Both the position numbers and the translations under genes were made by a program. This document shows, piece after piece, positions 12,852 through 25,971 of a stretch of 51,575 nucleotides of DNA. The stretch comes from Trichinella spiralis (taxonomy: Eukaryota). The stretch lies in the NCBI RefSeq assembly GCF_000181795.1, contig NW_003526948.1:2596857-2648431 (forward strand). The letters run 5' to 3'. Positions within the stretch are counted from its first letter, which is position 1. Every line of letters begins with the position of its first letter. The notes under the pieces were generated by a model, which was not told the DNA's origin, did not search any database, and saw only the letters and a program-made list of their open reading frames with translations.

Positions 12852-13653
12852 TATTTTTGATACAATGATCGAACATAGAAAAACAACTAAAATGAAAATT
12901 ATAAATAACTGAAACTTCCAAGAAAAAATATCAATAAATGGCATTTGTTAAATTGTAAAACAGAAGAATTTTTTTTTCATTTTCCATCATACTTCACTGC
13001 AAATAAATTATAAAGTGAAATTTTCAGCCGAAAGTTTTCACACCGTATTGACAAACTATCTAATACAGAATAAGAATATTCAAGTACTATTTCATGTTCC
13101 AAAAACAACTTTAGAAAATATATTCCAAATGATGAAAACAAATCATTCAGACGATTAATTTATTATAATTTTCAGTCATTGAAATTGCACGTTGGTATTT
13201 TAAGCAAAAATTGACAATTTAATTTTTCATAATTTTTCCAACTGTAACATCCAAACGTGAATGCACTAGTTGAAATTTTTCTTTTCACTCGTTGAACCGG
13301 CAATCATTTACAAATAATCAACATACGTAAAGATTAAAAATCACATCACACTTTATATACGTTTTGTAAAAATGGAATATTTTTTCAAGGAATATGCTTC
13401 AAGATGACAATTACATCCAATGACAATATGACGGACTGAAAATTTTCCAAAGCACAATAAAAATCATCATCACAGATCAGACTAGATTTGACTAGACTAC
13501 ACTAGACTGAGGTCGAGCATTCTGAATGTAGAGGGAAAAAACAAAAAAAGAAATCAACACGCATCACAATTCATCCGATTAACATCAACACCAAAACAAC
13601 AGTTGCTTGCAATTGACGAGAAACAGGGATAATTTTTGCAATGGAACTTTTGC

Positions 13654-16077
13654 TCACACAATCGGTATGTAATTATCGATTTTGGCGCGATGACGTTGCG
13701 CAATGCATTCGGCAATCCAAATAATATTGCGCATTTCTTGTTCTTTCAATTTCAAATATGAATAAAATACACCAAAATGAAACTGCTGCATGAACGCTTT
13801 CACATTCAGCTTCACCTAAGATACACGAAAAAAAAGAACAATATATGCTAAACTGTTAGTAAAAAATGTTCATAATTTTGCATCAACAAACTTCGTGTTC
13901 AAAAAATTTATCTTCCAAAGTTTTATCATTCGGATTGTTACCGGCTCCATCAAACAGGGTCTTATATTCCTAAAATGAAACAACACTTCAACCGTTTGAC
14001 AACAATGGTGGTGATAGTGGTGGATGATTCTTACCATGTAACATTCACAAATTTGTCTAACTTGATCATATTCATCAGCACGAGCCAAATGCGCCAGTCC
14101 GTCTGGATAAAGTTTGCCACATTTCGGATACAACTTTTCACGATCATCTTTCGACAATTCCGTATCAAACGAATTTATCGTAATAATGATCGCTCGACGA
14201 TCCGCTTCGAACTAAGCAATTTAATTGTTTAACAATAAATTAACAAACAAACAATTGCATACTGCCAAAATTTCGCGCATCACTTCCGCTGTCGTACCAC
14301 CTAATTTGCAACAGAATTTGTAAAAGTCCTCCAAATACGCCTAAAACGGAGAACCATTACAACAATTGAAATTATACATCTTTTCCACTTATAATCAATC
14401 TCTTTTTAAAACTATTAATGTACAGTACTAATAACATGAAATATTACCACAAGTTTAAAATATTTTTCAAAATTAATATACAATTTCCTCAAAAGAATTT
14501 CTCTCCCGAATGATATATTTGCATTATATTAATGATTTGTTAAAAATTTGTTTATCATATCAAAAAAAATTCAAATTACAATTTTTGACACACTGCTGAT
14601 TAGTGAATACAGTATGTTTTACGTTGCAATCATCTATTCAATATCAGATTTTCAATGCATAACATATTTGGAATAACATTAAAAAATTGGGCAATTTTAC
14701 AATGCAAAAAAAGACATTTCATATCCAAATTATTTCCCAACAGCAACAGTAAACTGCATAAACAATTAATTTAGTGTATTTGTGTCGTGACTGCTTTTTT
14801 TTAACCTATTCCCATTTCCCGATGCATTATATTTAAATCAAGTAAATGCAGTCAAATACAAGTGCATGTAAATAAATAACTAGAATATGTATTCAATGTT
14901 AGCCAATAGCTAGAACAGAAATCAATTGCAAACTAGTTCACATTTCACAACAACAAAACTGGAAGGAAATTCTACAGCTAAATACATCATTTCAACTGTA
15001 CTACACAATTTTACAAAGCATCACAGCATAATTTTGAAAAATGATCAGCCCAATATTTATTGAAAACCTTTTTGAAATAAAACTACCGGCAATTGATGAA
15101 GTGGAAACAAATATTTAATATTAAAAAAAATTAATAGTATTATTACCTTGAAAAGTGTATTTCGAATAATTTCAACGTTCATCTCGTCCAAATCTTGCTC
15201 TGAGATGCAATCCACAAAATAAGGTGCAAGCGGAGTGTCAACGAGAACGGCATTGTAAAGTTCGGCAGGAGTTGATGCAATGTGAATAGCTTCCATTTGT
15301 TCAAACGATCCCAGAGGATGGCATTTTGAAATCAATTCGGCAATAGGTCGCTGATGAAGAGTGCCAGTGATCAACAACACTATGTTATCAATCATATACG
15401 AATACCTAAACAATATTCATGAACCACAACTGCACGTACACTAGGCAACATTATCTATCAAAGCATTGCTTTGGCAAATTTTATTTAAATCGCGCAAAGT
15501 GATCGCATTAATTTAAAAATTATATTTACAGACGATAACTATATTTCCTTTGAACTCTGCTTCTTAAAATTTGTGAAAAATAGCCTTCAAGCAGACGTTC
15601 ATCGATCATCACAAAAATCAATAACAAAACACGTACGAAATGTAATCAAGAAACGTTGATAAGGGAACCAAACTGTTGTTACGAAAATGCTGAAATTCAG
15701 CAACCACTTTTTCTTTCAATTTTTCTTCGATTACATTCACAGTTATGGGCCCAGGTTCATTTGCCAAAAACTGTCCATAATCGGTTGATTGCAGATGTAA
15801 TTTCAAATCTAAAAAATAACCACAATTAAAATTTATAAAAAAAAACAATTTATTACAATTTTATTATTATTATTATTAATTAATAAAGAACTCAGCAGAA
15901 AAACTATTTCACTGGAAGCGAATGGACAACAAATTAAAATATTTTACCTTCCAGTGTATCACACTGTACTAAATTTGTGTAGTCACTTGGAGACAAAATA
16001 CCACCTCTGAAACCTCTCACCAAACCTTCAAGGTAACCGTGATCAATATTAAATGTCAGTTCATCTAGGGCAACCAT
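13654..16077 (-). CDS. ATP6V0D1: V-type proton ATPase V0 subunit d, 7 exons
   Basis: [22 protein letters not shown]...[12 protein letters not shown]...[34 protein letters not shown]...FEADRRA...[10 protein letters not shown]...[29 protein letters not shown]; the vha-16 equivalent. Confidence 0.97.
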
Positions 16078-17109
16078 AATGCCAAATTATGATAACAGCT
16101 GCATAATATCTGTCCGTCAGGGCTACAGTAATGAGTAAATAAAGTAAATAAAAGTATTAATCATGTTATTATCACATTGCTTACTCGTTTTACTCATAAA
16201 AATTTTATGTATTATAATTTAAAGTAAATTTTTATGCAAAAAATATAATTAAAACTTTATTTTATATAATTTGTAAAATTCTCTAAAAATATTTTACAAG
16301 ACTAACTTGTAAACATTTACAGTATGTATCAAACAATTACACTGTTGACATTTCCATAAATTACCGTTTTAATAGATGGAATTAATTTATCATGGGCAAA
16401 TTTTTAGCAAATTAACAATATTAAATAATTATAATACTTAACTGTTCTAAATATTTTTCATCTAATTTTCCCCTGTTTCGTGAAAAATTATTGGCTGAAT
16501 GAATGACACAGAGTCACAAAATTGCAATATTATAATCATTTATAAATAAGAAATACAAATATTAAAGATAATTTTTAAAATCTGACGAAACAAACGACCA
16601 TAACTAGCACAGTATTGTTTTCAGAACGTGCATCTTCCCTAGTGTATATTTCATTCACCAGAATTTAACGAATACCTTGACAATTAACACAGCAGTGCAG
16701 AGAAATAGACATTACTGATGGTGATGGCTATTTCGGAAGTTTCATTAGTATACAGTATGTCAAGCTGTTTAATTTGCTAATTAGATTTTTTGTTACTTAG
16801 TAAAATTCCAACGTGTGAAACTTGATGTCTCGTCTCGCTAATTACATGGCATTATTTTTTATTCATTTTAGCAATTACCACTTCTCAATAAGGCTGTAAT
16901 GTTCTTCATAAATTCAAAGTATAAAGATGATCCGCCAGAATAATCACATTTTGGAGTTTAGAATTTGCTTTACACAGATGCACATGAGTTTTCATTTGGC
17001 CGTTATTTCAATCTTTCCATTTTATTACCACACTTGACAGACCGAACAATAAGATTAAGAAAATGTTTAATATTTTTCTGTTACTCATTTCCAAAAGCAG
17101 TAATCAATT

Positions 17110-18354
17110 TCACATTCGCTTGCTAACTTCTTGTCCCAAAGATTCATCCTCGTTAACACCACTCTTCTCTATCATTTCTGTTATTTCACTTTTGGTCAAA
17201 ACGTGAACCTCAGTTTTACCATTGACACGACACAACGTTGCTACTTCCACTGCAAAATGTAAAACTGAAATATTCAATAATTTGCTTTTACAATAACTAT
17301 TTACTTCTTTCACATGTCAGCTTCGCTTCCAATGATCTACACATCACTTTCATGGCCAAATTCTTGATTGAATCCAAAGTCGCTGTTTCATAGTCGTAAT
17401 CTTGTTGCAAAAATGGTATTGCGGCCTATGAAATAAATAAGAATTAAATGGAAGCGAACATTTATGGTGAAATTAAAAATTAACACTGCAACTAACCTGA
17501 CTGTTATTTCCAATACAAGATGCTTTCCATCCCGTGTAATTTCCACTTGGATCAGATTGATACAACTGATAGCCAAAATGTGTGTCCCAACCGCCGTACA
17601 AAATGCTCACACCGAATGGTCGCTTTCCTAAATAAAATACTAATTTAATAAATTTCAAACTGAAAAATAAATTTCTTCAACCTCCGTATTGAGTGTACGC
17701 TTGCTTATAATCGCACATTCCGCTCACCAAAAACTCCACCGGAATAGATTCTCCATACTGAACACTGTATCTAAAACAGACAGTTGAAAATTTTGAAAGA
17801 TGTTTGAAAAATACTCTTGTGCATACTTTTGGGCTTGTTGACGAAGCATAGCCACAAGAACATTCGCATCTGCAGTAATACCAGCAACACTGCAAATTAT
17901 GTCGCTAAATCAAAAAAAAAAACTAAATCAAACTTTCCGGTAAATAAGAAAATTTATCCCTGCATACCTGTTCAAACGGTATATTTTTTCTTGCGCAGCT
18001 TCATCGTCCAACAATTTGTTTGTAATACGATTTTCCGCCACCATAATAATGCCTTCTTTGCTTATCAAACTCAAACAAGTGCCAGCATGATTAATCGCTT
18101 CCATAGCATATTCCACTTGATATAAACGACCTAAAATGTTTTCTCCAAATATACAGCAATTCAACATTGCGAAAAATGAAAATCAAAAATTAAAAGTAAT
18201 CTAAACAATCTATTCAAGAACTTTATTTTTTTATACAATACTATTTACCTTCTGGAGAAAAAATGGTTGTTCTTGAATCATAACGTCTAGCCTAAAAAAT
18301 CATTTATTTTAAACCACATAAATGTAAATGTAAATGAAAAAAGTATTTTACCAT
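17110..18354 (-). CDS. PSMA4: 20S proteasome subunit alpha-3 (alpha type-4), 8 coding exons
   Basis: [32 protein letters not shown]...[12 protein letters not shown]...[23 protein letters not shown]...[25 protein letters not shown]. The first coding exon contributes only the ATG (18352-18354). Confidence 0.96.
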
Positions 18355-21300
18355 TTTACCAAGCTTTTTCTATCTTTATAACGAGAGACAAACTAAATTA
18401 ATGAAAAACATTAGTTAACTGTGAAAAATTATAAAATAGTATACCGATTCTCTCATGGGAGAATATAAATAATGCACATCATTCGAAAATAAATATCAAG
18501 TTGTTATCAAGAATAAAGCAACACAAAGTAATGTTTAGAATTAAGATTTAAGATGATTTCAAAAATAATAAAAAAAGAATCTAAACAAACATAAACAATA
18601 AATATCAAAAACGAATAATTAATACTCTGATGCACATTTGCATAATAATCTATGCAAAATATTTAAAAATTCGGAGTAATATTTTGTAAAGTGAATATAA
18701 ATCATAAAACACAATAAAAAGTAACAAATAAATTCACTCAATTTGAATTTTTCAAAATAGACTAAGAATTCAAGATGTGTGACTTCACTTTCATTACAGT
18801 AAGTAAAAGTAAGAAAGCAAGTACAATTTATGAAGCTTGAAATGGAACTGTAATATTGATTTAATTTTAAAAAATACATTTTGCGCAATATAATGAATTA
18901 TTTAATTTTAAATTATATTTATTTTATTAAAATTATACTGTTTGCATTTATCTAATTTATTTTGTGTAATTATAAAATTACACTTTTACCTTCACGTTTA
19001 TTTTTGCAATTGCTCACAATTTGAATGAAAAATCCATTTAAGAATTGCAGTTTAAAGACACTGACATTCATTTATTTATGAAAAAGCTTACTGACGACAT
19101 TAACGATAGTAAAACTACCACTACTAATAATAACAATTAATTTCCATAAATGTGGTGTTATTCTACTTTGAAGGTTATATATGTACAATTCACTTTCAGT
19201 TTGTTTAAATTAGTCAAAACTGTCATCTATTTTCTTTTAATCACTCATTGTCAGATAACTTGCAAAAATCAAATGATAAGATAACATTATTATTGAATAA
19301 CAATAATAGCCTCGTTTTATTTAACAAATAATGCTATCCAAAAGTGCAATAGTTTCAGTTTATTTTATTAAATTTAAAAAAGTACCAATTTAAATGCAAA
19401 ATTTACATTTTCTTTCGATTATTATTTAAATATTTATTTAGTTGTACATATATACATTTATGTACATCATGTAAACTTTTGAAAGAATGCAAAGGAAAAT
19501 GTTATTGAAATTTAATTTTACATCTTTTCAGCAAATGAAAAATGAAATTATTGCAAGAATGTTCATTAACAATTGAATTGACATAACTACACGTCAAGAA
19601 TAATGGTACGACCATTGAAATATTGTTTACATTAAGCTGAGCTGAAAGCAAATAGAATTGAATTGTCATTTTTAAATTCGATATAAGTTCCATTTGTAGT
19701 AATGTAATTTGTATTTTTGTAATATTTTGTGATTGATGGAACGTTTGATCAGCAACAACTAGAGTAATAAATGTTGGCATTTGGTAGATGGAAACAATCG
19801 TCGAGAATGTGAATAGATAGAAGATATTCATGCAAATGATTTCTAGATAATGGGGATAAGCATAAAATCAACGTCGATTAAGCGCTAATGAAAACCGGTC
19901 GGCCGGAAATTGGTGTCAAGAGGGTCAAGTGATCAGGAGGCGGCCCTTCTTTTCCAAAATGGTCAATTGTTCACCAGATAGCGCAGCTGCTTTTTCGACT
20001 ATAGATCAAGCCCAGAAGTGACCATTGTTCACCTGTGAACTTTCACACCTGCATTGTGAGAACCGCTGTGGAATCACGGTCAGCAGTTTCTCACTCAAGC
20101 TTGCTCACGATACGCATTCTCTCTCTCTTTCTCTCTCTGCCTTACTGCAAAGTATCCGTTTAAACTACACGTGGAAAATAAGCCAGAAATTTTGGCTGAA
20201 AAAATCCAGTTCGCATCAAAGTCTATGTGTTGCAGCTTATGCAGGTAAGATATTTTCCACACAAAAACAATATCATATTAAAATTTCAATTAATAAAAAA
20301 ATGCAAATATTAAATTTCATATCACAAACAATTTGCTGTTAGTTAGGAGAGTGAAAAGGAAATGAATTGGATTACAAATTTTTTTTTAATAATGGATTTT
20401 CAAAATCAACAATTTCCTCAGTGCCGATCCGAGAATTTTAGTGGTAGTAGATTTGTGAAAAATGAAATTTTACACTCAGCATACTGCTGGGAAATGAAAT
20501 GAAGGGCTTTGCTTTGATTGCATGTGAAATTGTAGCTGCTTGGCTTTTCAATTGATCCACCACAACCATCATCATCATCATTCTTCTGACCTTTGCTGAA
20601 TTGCAAATAGACTGTGGATATTTTGGCCTTGTACCGCAGCTGTTTTCCGTCTTCTTGGCGCCACTGTTGCAAAGCCGTGCAAACTGAGAATCTGCTGACC
20701 ATTGTCATTTTGGCTTTAGCTTGGCATAGTGGTTAGACATGAATGGACTTTTCTTTTACAATCGAGCAGGTCAGTTAAACAAGCAACTGCTTCTTTCTCA
20801 AAGAATTCCACTAACAAATTGGTAAAGAATAAAAAGGCAGCAACTTTTCCATTTTCCAAATGCTTTCTTTTGCTTCAAATTGAACAGATTTATTCAATTT
20901 CAAATATTCCATTCTATGCAAACAGTGCGTAAAAATTAATCAGTTCAAGTGGCTTAATTTTAGCAATGCAAACATTGAATTGAATTTAATTTTAGAATCC
21001 ACCTCTTATTTTTCCACCATCCATAATAATAATAATAGATTGTTTAGTGGAATTTTTATTTAATTTTTCTCAACATGAAGCAATATATTCGTGAAATATT
21101 GAAAATTATCATTTATTCAATCGGAATCAAAAATTGATAGTTTAAACTTCAAAGCTTTGCAATTGTTGCAGCTGCCGTTACATTGAAACATGTAATTAAT
21201 AAAATCGCACCAATGAAGCAAAACATCAAAGCAGTGAGTTGAATTTTTATATTTCACGCTTCACATGTCAACATTAAGCATGCACCGGTGAAAAGCGGTG

Positions 21301-21837
21301 CTGCTTCATAAATCTGTTCTTGTATGAATAAGAATTGCAATTGTTCAAATTCAAATCAATTTTAATTCATATTGATAAAATTGAACAAATTTAAAACAAA
21401 TTTATTCATCTCGTACTTTTCTATATAAAAATTGTTTTGAATTTTTTCATGATAAGCATATTGAAATTTCAAACAGTGCCTAAAAATCTACCAATTTTCG
21501 ATAATAAATTTGCAGTTTAAACAAAAAGTAAATGAAATATGTATAAAATGGACATTGCATTATACACTAGTTTTAGATATAAAATGAGAGCTCATTCATA
21601 TTGTTGCTGATAGTATCGCACATGAACAGTGTCAAAATGTGACAGCTTTAAATTTACGTATTCATTTTAAATGTATACAAATGAAAATTTGTAATTTTAT
21701 CTTCAAACAAGATTAATATTGAATAATTGGAAAGGAAAATGAAAATTTTTCAAACAATGATTATGGACAGATGAAATTGCTAACAAGCAGTGGGTTACGA
21801 GTTTTCCATTAAGCACCGTTGAATAATTATTGTTCAA

Positions 21838-21973
21838 GTGGGCTAGTCGTGGAGAGGGGGGCTTTTTGGGGTTGGTTGTCGACGGCATACCCGAATCCGA
21901 CGACTATGTCCAATGGCAAAAGCTGGAAGAATTTACTCCACGGTTGGTGAAAAGCCCCCGGGTTGTCACCCAC
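21838..21973. other. GC-rich segment with several complementary blocks; candidate structured RNA or cis-element
   Basis: Pairings: gggggctttt (21857-66)/aaaagccccc (21950-59); tagtcgtgga (21844-53)/tccgacgacta (21896-906); cgtggag/ctccacg (21936-42); gtggg/cccac. No family recognised. Confidence 0.3.
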
Positions 21974-23519
21974 CCGTTGACATTTCAATTTTGGACATTC
22001 TCTTGAAGGACACCTCTGCTGTTCCCTTGAACGCGTCCCCCTTTTCCGCCTGTTTACAGAAAATACACGCAGTATACGTTGATGAAAACTTTGCTTCCAA
22101 CGACGCGACGTATTTTGACGCTTTAATCTCGAAGCAATTTTCCACATGACAACTGTCATCGTAAGTGGTTCACGTCTTTTCTATTCAAATTTTATTCTGA
22201 AAGCATATATATATTTTTCAAAGCAAATGATCAGAAAAAAACACACAACTTTAATTGACCGGATATAATTGGAGAATATTGGAATTATTTTTTTAAAAAA
22301 AATCTTTTTTTTCTTTGTAATTATTTTATTATTATTTATTAGATTATGATTATTGTAAAAATTAAATTTAAAAAATGGAAAAAAGTCCAACAAACAAAAA
22401 ATAATGAAAAGCATTTACACAAATTTGAACAGCTGGTCAACGGTGTCGTTCATAAATCACATTTTCAAATTATACGTCTAAAAATTGATGAACAAATGAC
22501 AAATTTCATTTGTCGCCCAATATTTTACACCATTCACTTCAGCCCCTATTGTAGTCGTGTCGTGTGGAAAATTTGCCCCATGCTTCTTGCAATTTTACGG
22601 GCAGCTTTTCATTACACACGCCCACACACACACACCTATGTCGACGGCGATAATTTTCCCTTCTCCATTTCCATTGTTCACTTCCTTGTATGTTTTGTCA
22701 ATTTGAGCATTTGTTGTCTAGTGAAACGGCAACTTTGAGCAAATAATTAAAAAAAATATCTCCTATTATTTTCCAAACATCAGTTTTTGTTATAAATTGT
22801 ATTTTCATGCTAATTTTCTTCTTGGTCAACATTTTCACCAAACAAGCATTGGGATTGAGAAACGAAAAATTTATCACTATCATTATAATTTTGTATATGG
22901 GTGAAAATATTTTCAAAAATGTTATCTACTCATCATCATCATTGTCGTAGTTGTTGTGAATGTCAAATATCATTCTTCCCCCTCCCCCTCCCCATCCCCC
23001 CCCCCACGACACACACACACAAACACACGGGCCGCCCACTTCTTGTCACTTGTCCCTCGTATTTTTGCTTTTCTATTGTTTGTTTGTTTGTTTGTTTATT
23101 TGTGTGAAAAATTGATCGTATAAATGCCGTTTGTCGTCGCACTAGATCGGCAGACAATTCGCGCACACCTTGACAAGATTGATCAAAGATAAAATCAACG
23201 GCGATAAAAATTCCATTGCAACATTGCATTGCGCTTACTTGTCAAAAAAAAGAAAAAAATTAATGAAAATGCAATTTGTTGTTGTTGTTGTTGTTCAATT
23301 TTAATTAAAATTGCAATTAATTTGACACAAGTGAAATATTTTCACGATAATGTAGCGGCAAAAGTGGATAATTAATAATAGGTTCAAATTTGCATATGGA
23401 AAAGTAAACAAGAAACGTTAGAGAAAAAGAAGGAAGTGATCGAATGGACGAGCAATGGTGGAAGTAATGGAAATTGCCATGGGCACAGTGGAGAGGGGGT
23501 AAAAATTGGCAAACAAGCA

Positions 23520-23641
23520 AGATGATGACAATGATGATGATGATGATGATGATGGCTTGAAGCGACAAACAACAACAAACAATAAGCATGTTTCATTTTT
23601 AATATCGTCAGGTTGACGGTGAAGATAAATGACAATGACGC

Positions 23642-23682
<41 letters not shown>
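23520..23682. repeat. (GAT)n and (AT)n microsatellites
   Basis: gatgatgacaatgatgatgatgatgatgatgatg at ~23521-23554 and a tatata run at ~23643-23682. Confidence 0.9.
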
Positions 23683-25971
23683 GAAGTTTATTTTTTCTTT
23701 TTCTTCATTGAAACCATCCATTGTACAGCTTGTTCAACTGGTTGAATTACTTCCCTGTTAGCTAGCTGGCTAACTGGCCAGTTACATACCAAGCCTACGG
23801 GCCAGACAACCAACCAAGCAACCCTGCAACCAAACAGCCAACCAATTAGCTAGCCGGCTTGCTATTCGTTAGCTACATGGCATCGATGACGATGATATTC
23901 TTGTTGACAAAGTTGATTCGGCGTTGTCTCGGTTTAATTGGATATATTCACTTCCTTCTACTTCTGCTTATTCCACTTCCACGTAGCGTTTGTGATCGAG
24001 TGGATTTCTTTTATACATTAAACCACCATCGCTGAGCATTAATTAGTCGGTTAGCTTGTTTCTTTTTCATTTTTTTCATCTTTCTTTAAAATTTTATTTC
24101 TTTCAATTTGTGGTTGTCATTTAAAGCCTGCTGTGGTATTATTTATCATTAGTTTGTTAATATTGTTTGACAGGCGGTATGAAATTGAGAAGCAGTCGAC
24201 CAATAAATTTAAAATTAAAATATTTCCCATTTTACATACATGCATGCATGCATACATGCATGCATATATGGAAAATTTTTTCAAAAAAAATAATTATTTC
24301 AATTAATAATGATCATATTCTTCCACTGTTTACCAAAAGGTGTGACGAAATTTATCAGATTGGATAATTTGCATAAATTTCAGGTAAGACCAAAATAGGA
24401 AACAATTTATTTCCGTGAAAAATATTTCCAACAATTTCAACCAATTGTTGCTGTATTGGAAAAAATTTTTTTTTCTTTGTTTTTCTCTGTTGCAATTTTT
24501 AATTTAACTTGAATTGTCAGCTTTTATATGATTGCTTATTGATTTTAATTATTACTTCTACCATGAAATAAGTATACGACTAGTTTTCGAAGAATAAAAA
24601 AAATCGCAGCTTCGGTTCCATCTTTGGAGTTGTCGAATTGTTAATTTTCCCTTTACCACCACATTTGTCAATTATTATTTTTTTCCCATTCCACTGGGTG
24701 GGAAAGGTGTAAAAAAATTTTGTTTATTTATTTATTTATTTGTTTGTTTTGTGACGATGTATTAGATCGACGATGCGTGAAATGACGTCGCAAAAGGTGG
24801 TCATCGGCAGTGGTGATTTATTAACTGCGCTTTCAACAAAGGTTGCAGTTAGCAATTTTCACAAACGACCTAGATTGATCATAGCTAACGTCTACATTTT
24901 GTTTATCTGTTAGCCGAATGCTGCTAACAATCATAAAAGTTTGCAATCGAACATATTTTTTTCCTCGATTTTCACCGATTCATTTTATTTAAATTATTAT
25001 TTTTTTATTGGAGAAAGTTTTTTTTTCACAAGTGTTGCTGTTGTTGGATTTGTTGTTCAAATTTTACTATTGAACGTGTGGGCAGAGGATGAAAGTGAGG
25101 GGGGATGAGAGAGAGAGAGAGAAAGAGGAAATTAATTGCGCAAGATGATGACGTGCATCGATGAAAGCAGCCGACAACAGTTTTTGAATATTCAATTTTC
25201 ATCAACGAGTGCATGCTTATTATTATTATTATATATTGTTTATAATTATTCTTGTCTTTAATTTACATTCCAACTTGAATTACAAGTTGTGGTTGTAGTT
25301 GTATTGGCGTCGTCAGGTCGTAGTACGGTAAGGCCTAAAGTACACAAAGGACGGTGCCCCGCTGGTCAAAGGCCAAATCCATCGTCGATGGTCGACCGAC
25401 CGACCGACCCTTACCCCTCCTATTCCCCCTGTTCTACAACGACGATCGTCATCAGCACCAATAAAAATGGCGCACTTTTTGCCGACCAACAATCACTGAC
25501 CGCGTTTCATATATGAACGGCGGGGGCTGCTGTCGTCGACCCAGGCGCGTTTCCGCATTCAGCTTTTCTGCTTTATCCTTTTCTCTCTCGCTTTCTTGCT
25601 TATCCACCATTGCCAATTGTCTCATTTGGGCGTTCAACTTGTCTTATTTTTCTGAATACTTGCTTTTCTTATTCTTATTCAATGCTGTGATGCTTTTTAT
25701 TCCAAACCAGGAAAACAGAGCCACAGTACTTATTCTTTAAGCAGACATCCAGTAGTGGAACAAATTTCAAATCGGCCGGGAGAATAATTTCCATTTCCAA
25801 TTGGGCACTTTTTCATTGCTCATTGTTTTTTTTTGATTGTAAAATAATTTATGATTATTATTTTGCAAAATGAGCTGGTTGAAATGAATATTATCTCTTC
25901 TTTTTGCGTCCATGTCTTTTCTTCAAATTCTTTCTCGTTCCAGATTGGACAACGCCGGACGGAAATGGCCG

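Noticed and set aside
21827..22159. Overlapping 110-aa (minus) and 78-aa (plus) ORFs; superficial RNase MRP-like words
   Set aside because: No recognisable protein; openness is explained by higher GC. The MRP-like motifs are in the wrong order and lack the 3' conserved region.
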